A stretch of 64,000 nt of DNA. It comes from Promethearchaeia archaeon (lineage in GTDB: Archaea; Asgardarchaeota; Lokiarchaeia; Sigyniarchaeales; SOKP01). Position numbers and translations under genes: made by a program. Below, piece after piece: positions 39,545 to 49,178 of the stretch (the first letter of the stretch is position 1; each line of letters starts with the position of its first letter). Location: assembly GCA_029856045.1 (NCBI GenBank), contig JAHQWG010000003.1, forward strand, positions 1 through 64,000, in the 5' to 3' direction. The notes under the pieces are model-generated. The model ran no database searches. It worked only from the letters and a program-made list of their open reading frames with translations, and was not told the DNA's origin.

Positions 39545-41281
39545 ATGAATAAAAAAATGTCAAAATCAATAATAATAAAAAACGGTCGTGTATATGACCC
39601 CAAAAATGGGATCGATGGAGATAAAATCCAAATTCACATTCAAAATGGAAAAATTGTAGAAAAAGTTAATGAAAAAGACGCAAAAGTTATCGATGCATCT
39701 GGAATGATTATACTTCCAGGTGGAGTAGATATTCATGCCCATATTGCTGGACCCAAAATAAATAGTGGTAGAGCCTTTAGACCGGAAGACCATGCAAAAG
39801 ATCCGGTTCTTAAAACTAAATTTACAAGAGGTGGTTCTGGATATTCATGTCCCTCAACATTTGTTACAGCTTACCGCTATGCACAATTAGGTTATACAAC
39901 AGTTGTAGAACCTGCAATGGCACCGCTTGAAGCTAAACATACACATGAAGAATTTTTAGATATGCCAATTATTGATAAATTGGCTTTTCCAGTATTCGGA
40001 AATAATTGGTTTGTGCTTCAATATGTTAAAAATAATGATATTGATAAGTTATCCGCATATATTGCGTGGTTATTAGAAACAGTTAAAGGTTATGCTGTAA
40101 AAATTGTAAATCCTGGAGGTGTTGAATCTTGGGCTTGGGGTAAAAATTGTGAATCTTTAGATGATCATGTTCTATATTTTGATGTCACACCCAGACAAAT
40201 TCTTGAAGGATTATCAGCTGCCAATGAAAAATTAGGATTGCCACATACCATACATGTGCATGGTAATAATTTAGGACACCCTGGAAATTATGCCCATACT
40301 ATAGAAACTTTTAAAACTCTAGAAAAAATTAATGCTGCATCAGGAAGAGAGAATGTAATACATTTAACTCATTGTCAATTTAATGCTTATGGAGGTACTA
40401 GCTGGAAAGATTTTGAATCTGGAGCAGATAAAATTGTAGAATATCTTGATTCTCATCAACATGTTACAACTGATGTTGGTCAAGTAATATTTACAAATAC
40501 AACAACTATGACCAGTGATGGACCATGGGAATATGCACTACATCATCTCTCAGGAGTATCAGGATGGGGGGCAAAGCCAGGTGTAAAATGGATAAATAGT
40601 CAAGTAGAAGCAGAATGTGGTGGGGGACTTGTACCATATATATTTAGTCCAAAAGTGGCTGTAAATGCTATTCAATGGGCAATAGGATTAGAACTTCTGT
40701 TATCTATTAAAAATAAAGAACAATGCTTTTTAACTACTGATCATCCTAATGGTGGTCCTTTTACATTCTATCCAAGAGTTATAAAATGGCTTATGGATAA
40801 AAAATCTAGAAATGTTTTACTTAAAGAGGAACTTTCACCTAAAGCAAGTTCAGCCACTGGATTAGAAGCTATTGATACAGAACTCACACTCTACGAATTC
40901 GTCCAATGTACTCGTTCTGGAACGGCAAAATGTTTAGGTTTAACAGATAAAGGGCATCTTGGAGTTGATGCTCAAGCAGATATCTCTATGTATAAATTTA
41001 ATCCTGATAATGGATATAAGGGAATTGAGATTGAAAAGGCATTTACAAATGCAGCATATACCATAAAAGATGGAGAAATTGTCGTCAAGGACGGAAAGGT
41101 TATAGCCACACCATTGGGTGATACTATTTGGACTAAAGCAAATGTTAAAGAAAATCTAATGGATGCTGTGATACAAGATATTAAAGCCAAATGGAGAGAT
41201 CATTATTCAATTAATTTTAATAATTATCCCGTTCAAGAAGTATATCTACCTAAACAAAAAATTATTACTACAAACAGTTAA
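39545..41281 (+). CDS. fwdA: Formylmethanofuran dehydrogenase subunit A
   Basis: DIHAHIAG, KIVNPGG, HTIHVHGNNLG, HLTHCQF, TTDHPNGGPF. Confidence 0.95.
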   Translation: MNKKMSKSIIIKNGRVYDPKNGIDGDKIQIHIQNGKIVEKVNEKDAKVIDASGMIILPGGVDIHAHIAGPKINSGRAFRPEDHAKDPVLKTKFTRGGSGYSCPSTFVTAYRYAQLGYTTVVEPAMAPLEAKHTHEEFLDMPIIDKLAFPVFGNNWFVLQYVKNNDIDKLSAYIAWLLETVKGYAVKIVNPGGVESWAWGKNCESLDDHVLYFDVTPRQILEGLSAANEKLGLPHTIHVHGNNLGHPGNYAHTIETFKTLEKINAASGRENVIHLTHCQFNAYGGTSWKDFESGADKIVEYLDSHQHVTTDVGQVIFTNTTTMTSDGPWEYALHHLSGVSGWGAKPGVKWINSQVEAECGGGLVPYIFSPKVAVNAIQWAIGLELLLSIKNKEQCFLTTDHPNGGPFTFYPRVIKWLMDKKSRNVLLKEELSPKASSATGLEAIDTELTLYEFVQCTRSGTAKCLGLTDKGHLGVDAQADISMYKFNPDNGYKGIEIEKAFTNAAYTIKDGEIVVKDGKVIATPLGDTIWTKANVKENLMDAVIQDIKAKWRDHYSINFNNYPVQEVYLPKQKIITTNS

Positions 41282-41292
41282 GGAGGATTAAA

Positions 41293-41853
41293 ATGGAAGA
41301 TTTAAAATCTGATCGAATTTTAGAGATTAAAGATGATATTTCTGATGAACTTAGAAAAGCGGGCTATGCAGAAATTGGTGCTTGCATTCAGTGCGGAAAT
41401 TGCACAGCTAGCTGTCCTTCCGGAAGAAGGACGGCAATGCGAACGCGCTCTATAGTTAGAGAAGCACTTTTAGGGCTTGATGAGGTTCTCTCAGATAAAG
41501 AGCTCTGGCTTTGCACAACTTGTTATACTTGTTTCGAAAGATGTCCGCGTAATATACCGATTACAGATATCATTATATTCCTAAGAAATTTAGCAGTTCA
41601 AAGAGGGCATATTCTACCAAATCATCTCAATTTATGTAGGATGTTCTATGATACAGGACATGGTGTACCAATAAATGACGAAAAATGGAACATCATGAGA
41701 GAATCTTACGGAGTAAGCCGAGTTCCACCTACAGTTCATGCACACCCTAAAGCCGTGAAAGAAGTGCAAGAATTAATTAGTTGTGTAGGTTTCGATAAAA
41801 CTATTGCTTGGGGTAAATACGCCAAAAAAGAAGAAAAAGCGGAAAAAAAGTAA
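41293..41853 (+). CDS. hdrC: Heterodisulfide reductase subunit C
   Basis: CIQCGNCTASCPSGRRT, WLCTTCYTCFERCPR. Confidence 0.93.
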   Translation: MEDLKSDRILEIKDDISDELRKAGYAEIGACIQCGNCTASCPSGRRTAMRTRSIVREALLGLDEVLSDKELWLCTTCYTCFERCPRNIPITDIIIFLRNLAVQRGHILPNHLNLCRMFYDTGHGVPINDEKWNIMRESYGVSRVPPTVHAHPKAVKEVQELISCVGFDKTIAWGKYAKKEEKAEKK

Positions 41854-41962
41854 TTTTTACTTCAAATTTTCTTTTTAATGGAATTCTTATCTCCTGTAAA
41901 AGTAAAAAATTTTTTCTTTTAAATATTAATATTATATAACCAAACCACACATACCAATATGA

Positions 41963-43222
41963 GTGAGTAAAATGAAAAGATTAAATAATCTAATATATCT
42001 TTTTGGATATTTAGTTCAAGGATTACTGCTAGTATTTTTTAATACTTTCTTACCCGTTCTACTAATTACGGTTTTGGGAATTCCTGAATCAGAAATTGCT
42101 TTTGCTCAATTAATTTCATATGCTGCGTTTTTAATTAAACCGATATTTGCATTGTTATCCGACAAAACTTATGAAAAAACTGGTCAACATCCTAAAAGGA
42201 AAACTTACATATTTTTGGGCAGTATTGGCTTATTTATCAGTTTTCTGTTAATGATTATTTCAATTCAAATTATGATTCTTTTTGGTATTTTTTGGAGTAT
42301 AAACTATTTCTTCATATCAATAATTGATGTTGCAATTGATGGAAATATTATCGATACTTCACCTAATATTCAAACGAAAAAAAGAAAAATTGTCTTAATA
42401 CAAATTGGAAATTCATTGGGTAATGTTTTAGCTTATTTATCCTATATTTTAATTATTAATAATATTTATAACATAAACGATTGGAATAATCTCTTTACTT
42501 TCCAATTAATCACACTATTTCCATTAATAATTCTTTCTTATTTTATATATAATAAAACTATTAATGAAGGAAATAGACAAGAAAGCCTTGAAGAAGAAGG
42601 TGTAAAACAAAAAATATATAAAAAGATAAGTATAAAAACTTTAGATCAATCACATCTAAAGCTTAGTTTCATTTGTATAAGTGCATTTTTGATCCTTTTT
42701 TTCTCAGAAGCACTAGTGCAGGTCCCTTATGAACCTTGGTTAGTGGGAAGATTTGGTCAGGAAGGTTTTGAAATATTTTCATTCTTTCTGATTTTTGCTC
42801 CTTTTATCAACATTATTGGATACCTCTTAATTAATATCGCGCTCAAATATAGTGATAGAAAGAAAATTCTTTATTTTTCAATAATTGTCGTTGGTATTTT
42901 TGATATGTGTATTCCATTTATGGATCTTTGGACTTTAATCATATTAGGAATGTTTGTATTAATTCCGAATGCAATAGCCTATATTGCATTTGTTTCTTTA
43001 ATGATGGAGTTTGCAGGAAATAAGTTTAGTTATAAATATCAGATACTTGCATTAATGGTAATTATTTCTATGCTTATTTTCGGACCATTAGGCACTTTTC
43101 TTTCTGGATTTATAGATACGGGAATTCTACTTGTTATCGTAGGAATACTTACTCTGAGTTCAATTATTCCGATAATATTCATAAAAATGCAAAAAGTTGA
43201 TAATCGAAATTATTTTTTTTGA
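41963..43222 (+). CDS. MFS transporter
   Basis: About 12 TM segments, IKPIFALLSD...RK.Y and DVAIDG motifs. Confidence 0.8.
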   Translation: MSKMKRLNNLIYLFGYLVQGLLLVFFNTFLPVLLITVLGIPESEIAFAQLISYAAFLIKPIFALLSDKTYEKTGQHPKRKTYIFLGSIGLFISFLLMIISIQIMILFGIFWSINYFFISIIDVAIDGNIIDTSPNIQTKKRKIVLIQIGNSLGNVLAYLSYILIINNIYNINDWNNLFTFQLITLFPLIILSYFIYNKTINEGNRQESLEEEGVKQKIYKKISIKTLDQSHLKLSFICISAFLILFFSEALVQVPYEPWLVGRFGQEGFEIFSFFLIFAPFINIIGYLLINIALKYSDRKKILYFSIIVVGIFDMCIPFMDLWTLIILGMFVLIPNAIAYIAFVSLMMEFAGNKFSYKYQILALMVIISMLIFGPLGTFLSGFIDTGILLVIVGILTLSSIIPIIFIKMQKVDNRNYFF

Positions 43223-43292
43223 ATAAATCAGAAATTTTTAATACTTTTTTAAATAAAATTAGCATAATTTCTTAGAGAGGCATTTGTAATTG

Positions 43293-43701
43293 ATGATTAA
43301 ATCCGAAATTGGTTCCGAATAAACGGAAAAACTTCTTGATTTAAAGAAGGACGAGTTCTTAATTCCGTTTAAGGTCGTACTGGGGTCCAGGTGAGTCGGG
43401 AAAAACAATAAATTTTAATAGGTTAAAAGAAAGGTTCAGTAAGGTCAAAATAACTCAGGGATATTCGATCGAGACGACCAATGGAAGGACGCTCTGGCAA
43501 GATTCCGTGTTTTTAATGTTGGGATGCGAATTAGAAGGTAAAAAATATAGAATTATCGTACAGATAGTTACCTGCACAGTTCAGGAAAGATTTTTATCTA
43601 CTAGAGAATACGTAATTGACGGAGCTGACGGATTTGTGTTTATTGGGGATTCAGACCCTGAGAAAATCGAGGAAAATACCAGTTTGTTCCCTTATCTCTA
43701 G
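43293..43701 (+). pseudogene. MglA-like small GTPase pseudogene
   Basis: MIKSEIGSE*TEKLL...FKVV / frameshift / WGPGESGKT...GRTLWQD...TCTVQERF...GADGFVFIGDS, truncated before G4. Confidence 0.8.
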
Positions 43702-43741
43702 TTTTACTATTGAAAATTTGTTGGTAAGTATTTCTTTCAAT

Positions 43742-44089
43742 TCAATAATCCTTGGATCGAATTACATGAAACCATTGATTCCAAACATTTAATAATTTTG
43801 CAAATTGTTCTCTGGAAATTGAGTATTCTTTGAATTTACCTTTCTTAGAACTATGAATAAATTTATGTTTCTCCAAAATTCTAATATGATGGGAGATAGA
43901 AGGTTGACTTTTATTCAAGCTTTTTTCAATATCAGATAGTAAACATGGTTTATTATTTAATAGATTTAAAATTAAAAATCTGTCTTTATTCCCTATGATT
44001 TCCATACATTCTCGTAAGAACTTATTGGAGTTCTTCTTCTTGATTTCTTTTTTTATAGTTTTACTTTTATTCTTTGAGAATTCTTCCAT
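43742..44089 (-). CDS. ArsR-family winged HTH regulator
   Basis: RFLILNLL, SQPSISHHIRILE, KKGKFKEYS. Confidence 0.88.
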   Translation of the reverse strand: MEEFSKNKSKTIKKEIKKKNSNKFLRECMEIIGNKDRFLILNLLNNKPCLLSDIEKSLNKSQPSISHHIRILEKHKFIHSSKKGKFKEYSISREQFAKLLNVWNQWFHVIRSKDY

Positions 44090-44131
44090 GTTTTTCTTAA
44101 TATTCTCTTTTTTCTACTATTTTCTAAAAAA

Positions 44132-44971
44132 TTAAGATGAGAGATTTTTAATCCAATTCTCCCATAAATGCACAAATTCCATTATTTTTGGCTTATTTAA
44201 TGAATAATAAATATATTTTCCATTTTTACATCCTTTAATGAATCCTGTTTCCTCTAATTTCTTAATATGATGTGAAGATGTAGATTGAGATTTACCAATC
44301 AACATCTCTATTTCTTCCAACTTTAATGGTTGAGATTTTATTACTTCCAGCATTAAAAATCTTTCAGGATTTGAAAACGATTTTAACCATTCAATTAAGT
44401 TAATTTTTTCATTAATAACGGCTATTTCAAGTATAGGTTCTATGTCGTCATTTCCTTGTTCAAGATAATTTCCTTTTTCTAAAGAATTATTAATTTGGGA
44501 GGGTAAAACACTTTTATCTGATTGGATTAAATGTTTAATCTGTTTAAATTTTTCATTATCTTTCTTAAGTTTATTTTTCACTTGATGATTATACATTGCG
44601 AGTTCTATTGTAGGTAGAAGCTCATCTTCACTCGTTATAGGTTTTACTATATATCCATAAGGTTCCGATAATTTGGCTCTATTTAATGTTTTTTTATCTC
44701 CGTATGCAGTTATAAATATAATAGGAATATTATATTTTGCATTAATAATTTTCGCTGTTTCAATTCCATCCATAGACCCAGCGAGAATTATATCCATTAA
44801 TATCAAATCAAGATTTAAATTCTTGATTTTGGAAATTGCTTTTTCTCCAGAAGAAACAATGGCTATTGGATTATAGTTTAATTTTTTTAAAAGAATCGCT
44901 ATTGCTTCAGCGGTAATTAATTCATCTTCAACAATCATGACTTTTATTTGCGACATTTTACTAATTCTCAT
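44132..44971 (-). CDS. Response regulator with C-terminal ArsR-type HTH
   Basis: IVEDE, DLILMDI, TAY, KP; C-terminal NPERFLML...SQSTSSHHIKKLE. Confidence 0.88.
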   Translation of the reverse strand: MRISKMSQIKVMIVEDELITAEAIAILLKKLNYNPIAIVSSGEKAISKIKNLNLDLILMDIILAGSMDGIETAKIINAKYNIPIIFITAYGDKKTLNRAKLSEPYGYIVKPITSEDELLPTIELAMYNHQVKNKLKKDNEKFKQIKHLIQSDKSVLPSQINNSLEKGNYLEQGNDDIEPILEIAVINEKINLIEWLKSFSNPERFLMLEVIKSQPLKLEEIEMLIGKSQSTSSHHIKKLEETGFIKGCKNGKYIYYSLNKPKIMEFVHLWENWIKNLSS

Positions 44972-44979
44972 AATAATTT

Positions 44980-47277
44980 TTATAATTTCCAGGTGATTAT
45001 GAAATGAGTTCCATTATTTCTTTCAATAGTAATATTTCCATCCATTTGTTTGGTTATAGTGTATATAAGTTTTAACCCAATTGTATCTGAATTTCTATAA
45101 TTTACATCTTTGGGAAAACCTATTCCATTATCATACACATCTAATAATATTCTATTGTTTTTGGTTTTTTTCAGTGTAACAATAATTTTTCCAACATCAT
45201 TTTTAGAAAATGCATGTATTAATGAGTTAGATACAAGTTCATTTACAATTAAACCACAAGAAATGGCTTTATTTAGGTTTAAATCAATATTTTCAATTTT
45301 CAATTGTAATTTAATTTGTTTGGAATTTGCTGAATAAGCTTTAAATAGATTATTAACAAGGGTTTTCATGTATTTTGAAAGATCTATCTTATTTAAGTTT
45401 TCGGATTTGTATAATATTTCGTGTATTAGCGCCATAGCTTTAATACGATTTTGGAAATCCTTAAAAATATGAAGAACTCTTTCATCTTTTACATATTGAT
45501 CTTGTAGTACTATTAAACTTGAAATTATTTGTAAATTATTTTTTACTCTATGATGGATTTCTTTTAGGAGTATTTCTTTTTCTGCTAGGGAAGATTCCAA
45601 TAGTGATTCATTCTTTTTTTGCTCGTTTATATCAATTATATTTATATGTAGAGCACAGGTTCCTTGAAATTGAATCCTTTTTGAATATTGTCGGATATAC
45701 AAATAATTTTCATTTTTTTTCTTCATTCGTATTTCGGATTGAAATGAGGATATATCTTCGTTTAAAATTTTATTATATTTTTCTAAAGTCATTTTTAAGT
45801 CTTCAGGATGAATATGCTGGCTTATAGTGTTTAGATCCCAAGATAGTAGTTCATTTATCGAAAATCCTAAAATATCAGATATACCTTTGTTTGCAAAAAT
45901 TATGCGTTCATTAGCAATGATAAGAGTACCCAACAAGGATTGTTCTGTGAGTATTCGATATTTTTCTTCACTTTCTCTTAACTCTTTTTCAGTATAATCA
46001 CGAACAATAACACTTGCAAGAATATTTGCTATAGATTGTAAAAAATTGATATCATCTTTTGAAAATTTCCGATATTTTTTTGTATGAGCTCCTAAAATAC
46101 CAAATGGTGCGTTTATTCCTTGAATAATAACACTCATTCCACTAATGACATCATGATCCGCAAGAAGTTTTGGTGCACAAAATCTCGTTTCATTTTTCAA
46201 GTTTTCCACAATTACTGGCGTAGTTTTTAGTAATGTAAAACCTGCTTGCGAATTTATATTATTTTCAACAGTTGCATTTCCAACTAATCCTTTATGCCAA
46301 CCAGACCCTGCCCTTAATTTTAAAAATTTGTTATTCGGAAGAAGTTCAAGTACTTTCGTAAACTCAATATCCAATATTTTTGCAAGTAAAGATGATGCTT
46401 TTTTAAACAATTTATCAATTTGTTTTTCCGTAATAGCTTCTAAGCCAAATTTTGCAATCATTGCTTGTCTATGGATACGATTATCAATGAACTGTCGGAT
46501 TGTTCTGTATCTCGTTAAGTCTTCGGAAACACAGAGAATTCCGACAATTTTATTTTGGTTATTGAAAATTGGTCCCATATTAGATGAAAATTGTATATCA
46601 CTTCCATTCTTTTTTTTTAATCGATATTTAATATTTGTAACAAATTTACCTTCCAATACTTTCTTAATTCCTTTGGTAAAAATCATTTTATCATTTGGAT
46701 GAATTAATTTATAAATGCTTAATGAATCAAGGATTTCTTCTTTGTTATATCCTAGAATATCAGTAAAAACATTATTTATATCAAGAAAATTTATGTTTAG
46801 ATCTAATTTATAAATCATAAATTTAGAAATTTTAAGCAATGTTTGAAATTTCTCTTCAGCTAAACATTGAGAAAAATAAGAATTTTTTAGTTTATTGAAG
46901 TGTTTTGTATTTTTTATCTCTCGTTTAATAGTAGGAATTAAGCGATTTAGATCATCTTCTTTGATATAATCATTTATTCCGGTTTTTATCAAGGAAATCA
47001 TCGCTTTTTCATCTATTTCTTGTCCAATAACAATATAGGGAATTATTAATTCTTTTTCTTTGATAATTCTTAATATTTCTATTCCGTATCGTGTCCATGC
47101 TTTATAGTCGGATAATATAATATCCCATGTTTTTTTAGATAACACTAAATTTAAAGTAACATAATTTTCGATAAATTCCAATTGCACTTTGAAGTTATAA
47201 GCTTTTAACTTTTGAATTATTGAGGATACTGAATCTTTAGAATCAGAAATGAATAATATATCAAATTTTTCACTCAA
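44980..47277 (-). CDS. Sensor histidine kinase, REC-PAS-GAF-PAS-HisKA_2-HATPase
   Basis: EIHHRVKNNLQ H-box, NELVSN, DNGIG, two IHPxD PAS motifs, GAF (FSKDDINFLQSIANIL), degenerate N-terminal REC. Confidence 0.92.
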   Translation of the reverse strand: MSEKFDILFISDSKDSVSSIIQKLKAYNFKVQLEFIENYVTLNLVLSKKTWDIILSDYKAWTRYGIEILRIIKEKELIIPYIVIGQEIDEKAMISLIKTGINDYIKEDDLNRLIPTIKREIKNTKHFNKLKNSYFSQCLAEEKFQTLLKISKFMIYKLDLNINFLDINNVFTDILGYNKEEILDSLSIYKLIHPNDKMIFTKGIKKVLEGKFVTNIKYRLKKKNGSDIQFSSNMGPIFNNQNKIVGILCVSEDLTRYRTIRQFIDNRIHRQAMIAKFGLEAITEKQIDKLFKKASSLLAKILDIEFTKVLELLPNNKFLKLRAGSGWHKGLVGNATVENNINSQAGFTLLKTTPVIVENLKNETRFCAPKLLADHDVISGMSVIIQGINAPFGILGAHTKKYRKFSKDDINFLQSIANILASVIVRDYTEKELRESEEKYRILTEQSLLGTLIIANERIIFANKGISDILGFSINELLSWDLNTISQHIHPEDLKMTLEKYNKILNEDISSFQSEIRMKKKNENYLYIRQYSKRIQFQGTCALHINIIDINEQKKNESLLESSLAEKEILLKEIHHRVKNNLQIISSLIVLQDQYVKDERVLHIFKDFQNRIKAMALIHEILYKSENLNKIDLSKYMKTLVNNLFKAYSANSKQIKLQLKIENIDLNLNKAISCGLIVNELVSNSLIHAFSKNDVGKIIVTLKKTKNNRILLDVYDNGIGFPKDVNYRNSDTIGLKLIYTITKQMDGNITIERNNGTHFIITWKL

Positions 47278-47374
47278 AATTCATGCACTACTCTAAATTT
47301 TCTATTTTTATTAACTTTAATATTTTAAGAAATTTCTTTAATTATAATATTGGAATTTTCATTAAAAAATATCT

Positions 47375-47422
47375 GTTTAATATTAACTATATCCAAGCGT
47401 TTAATATTAACTATATCCAAGC
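47375..47422. repeat. Perfect 24-bp tandem duplication GTTTAATATTAACTATATCCAAGC
   Basis: Two adjacent copies at 47375-47398 and 47399-47422 in the divergent intergenic region. Confidence 0.85.
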
Positions 47423-47744
47423 TTTCATTCTAACATTCTTAATATTATTAAAAAAAAAAATTGCTTTAAGGAAAAATTTTTCGATATAGATCGAAATATG
47501 TTAATATTGAATTAGATAAAATAGAAAGGAAGGTTTAATTAATTTAACAGATGATTTTTGCTTTAATATAAATTTTAAAGATATTTTTTCCATTTTTCTA
47601 TTCTAACTAATTTATCAGTTTAAAAAACTATTAATACAGTAAAACTTATAAATAAATTGAAGTAAGTTTTATATAAAGATTGTTGTTTCTTTATTTAAAA
47701 AAATTTATTTCAAAAATATAAAATTATAAAAATAGGAGAAAAAA

Positions 47745-48230
47745 ATGGTAAAATTAACACCTGAAATGAAAGAAGCGTTGATAGTTCCTGGAAAAGGAGG
47801 ATCTGTAATCTATTTAGCTACATCAACTATAGATGGTAAACCTAATATTGCTGCTATGAGATATATAGCAAGTATGAAAGATGACAAGGCTTTGGTCGCT
47901 GATATGTTTTTACTGAAAACAAAGAGGAACCTAAAGGAAAATCCCGAATGTTCCATAATTATAGGACACCCTATTGATTCGGGAAGAGATTGGGTATTTA
48001 AAGGAAAAGCAATAGATATAGAATATGGCTTTCCGCCTGATTTTGATTGGTATGGGATAACTGCTAAAGAAGTTTTAGCTGAATGGGGAGATTGGCATAA
48101 TAAAGAACCTCCAGATGAAGTGCCTCCTGATGTTGTATATTCACATCCCGCTCAGCGTGGAGTTGTTGTATTACATATCGAAGAAGTATATTCAATTGAA
48201 AAAGGAAAAGTAGGAGAAAAAATTTTATAA
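47745..48230 (+). CDS. Pyridoxamine-5'-phosphate-oxidase-like flavin-binding split-barrel protein
   Basis: YLATSTIDGKPN, ADMFLLKTKRNLKENP, FKGKA, IEEVYS; AGGAG upstream. Confidence 0.8.
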   Translation: MVKLTPEMKEALIVPGKGGSVIYLATSTIDGKPNIAAMRYIASMKDDKALVADMFLLKTKRNLKENPECSIIIGHPIDSGRDWVFKGKAIDIEYGFPPDFDWYGITAKEVLAEWGDWHNKEPPDEVPPDVVYSHPAQRGVVVLHIEEVYSIEKGKVGEKIL

Positions 48231-48243
48231 GAGGTATATAAAA

Positions 48244-48666
48244 ATGGCAATAGTTTTAACGAATAGAATGAGAGAATGGATAAAGACAGGATGTCTTTTA
48301 AATGTAGCTGATAAAAATGGAGTACCTTGTATTACCACCGCTAGAAAAATAGATTCAGTTTCAGATGATGAAGTCGTATTTGCCCTTACTAAAGACGAAT
48401 ATTCAGTGATTAAAAAACCTTTATCAGATAATTCCTGGGTTGCTTTTGGAATTCTTGGAATTGGTAGTATTCGGTTTTGTTATCAATTTAAAGGTAAAGG
48501 AATAGCGAAACAGAAAGGGGATAATGTACATTTGACTGTTAAGCTCTCGGAAGTTTATTGCACTAAACCTGGATGTTATGCTGGGTTGCGACTTGATCTT
48601 AAAACTCCTAAAGAATTTGATGAGTGGGAACGAAATTTATGGAAAGATATGCCAAAAAAAAAATAA
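48244..48666 (+). CDS. Second PNPOx-like split-barrel protein
   Basis: VADKNGVP, YQFKG, EVYCTKPG..AG. Confidence 0.65.
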   Translation: MAIVLTNRMREWIKTGCLLNVADKNGVPCITTARKIDSVSDDEVVFALTKDEYSVIKKPLSDNSWVAFGILGIGSIRFCYQFKGKGIAKQKGDNVHLTVKLSEVYCTKPGCYAGLRLDLKTPKEFDEWERNLWKDMPKKK

Positions 48667-48752
48667 AATTTTAATTTTTTTTTTTTTCTAATATCAAAAA
48701 AGATTAGAAAGAGATACATAATAAAAATAATATATACATGGTTAAATAACAA

Positions 48753-49061
48753 TTGAAATCAGTTAAGCAGATGGATAGTAAAAAAATAGATAGAAAGAAA
48801 CCTAAAAAAAAACCCGAACAATTTCCTTGGTTTATGCCATTTATGTGTGAAGGGTGTGGAGATTGTGTAGAAGCATGTCCAAATTCGTGTATTGAATTAA
48901 TGGGATTAAATCGAAAAGTCCCAGTGGCATGGCTAATTTATCCAGATTATTGTTTGGGATGTGGAAATTGCGCAAATATGTGTATAGTTGATGCCGTTCA
49001 AATGACTAAATACGTGGATAAAGCAATCGAGCGATATAAAACAAAAAAACCGTTTGAATAA
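48753..49061 (+). CDS. 2x[4Fe-4S] ferredoxin
   Basis: CEGCGDCVEACP and CLGCGNCANMC. Confidence 0.88.
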   Translation: MKSVKQMDSKKIDRKKPKKKPEQFPWFMPFMCEGCGDCVEACPNSCIELMGLNRKVPVAWLIYPDYCLGCGNCANMCIVDAVQMTKYVDKAIERYKTKKPFE

Positions 49062-49087
49062 ATTTGAATAAATAGCAATTAATTTTT

Positions 49088-49165
49088 TTTAATTCATAAC
49101 AAATTTAATTCATAACAAAATTAAAAGTAAAAAAAAAAGTAAAAAAAAGCAAAAAAAAAGTAAAA
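49088..49165. repeat. 16-bp tandem repeat TTTAATTCATAACAAA x2 followed by A-tracts spaced about 10-12 bp
   Basis: Read directly upstream of GAGGAGG and the CCG-protein start. Confidence 0.7.
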
Positions 49166-49178
49166 GAGGAGGAAATAA

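Noticed and set aside
43507-43701. 64-aa ORF as an intact gene
   Set aside because: It is the middle fragment of the disrupted MglA-like GTPase.
47283-47489. 68-aa ORF with repeated FNINYIQA
   Set aside because: Product of the 24-bp duplication in AT-rich intergenic DNA; no protein-like features.
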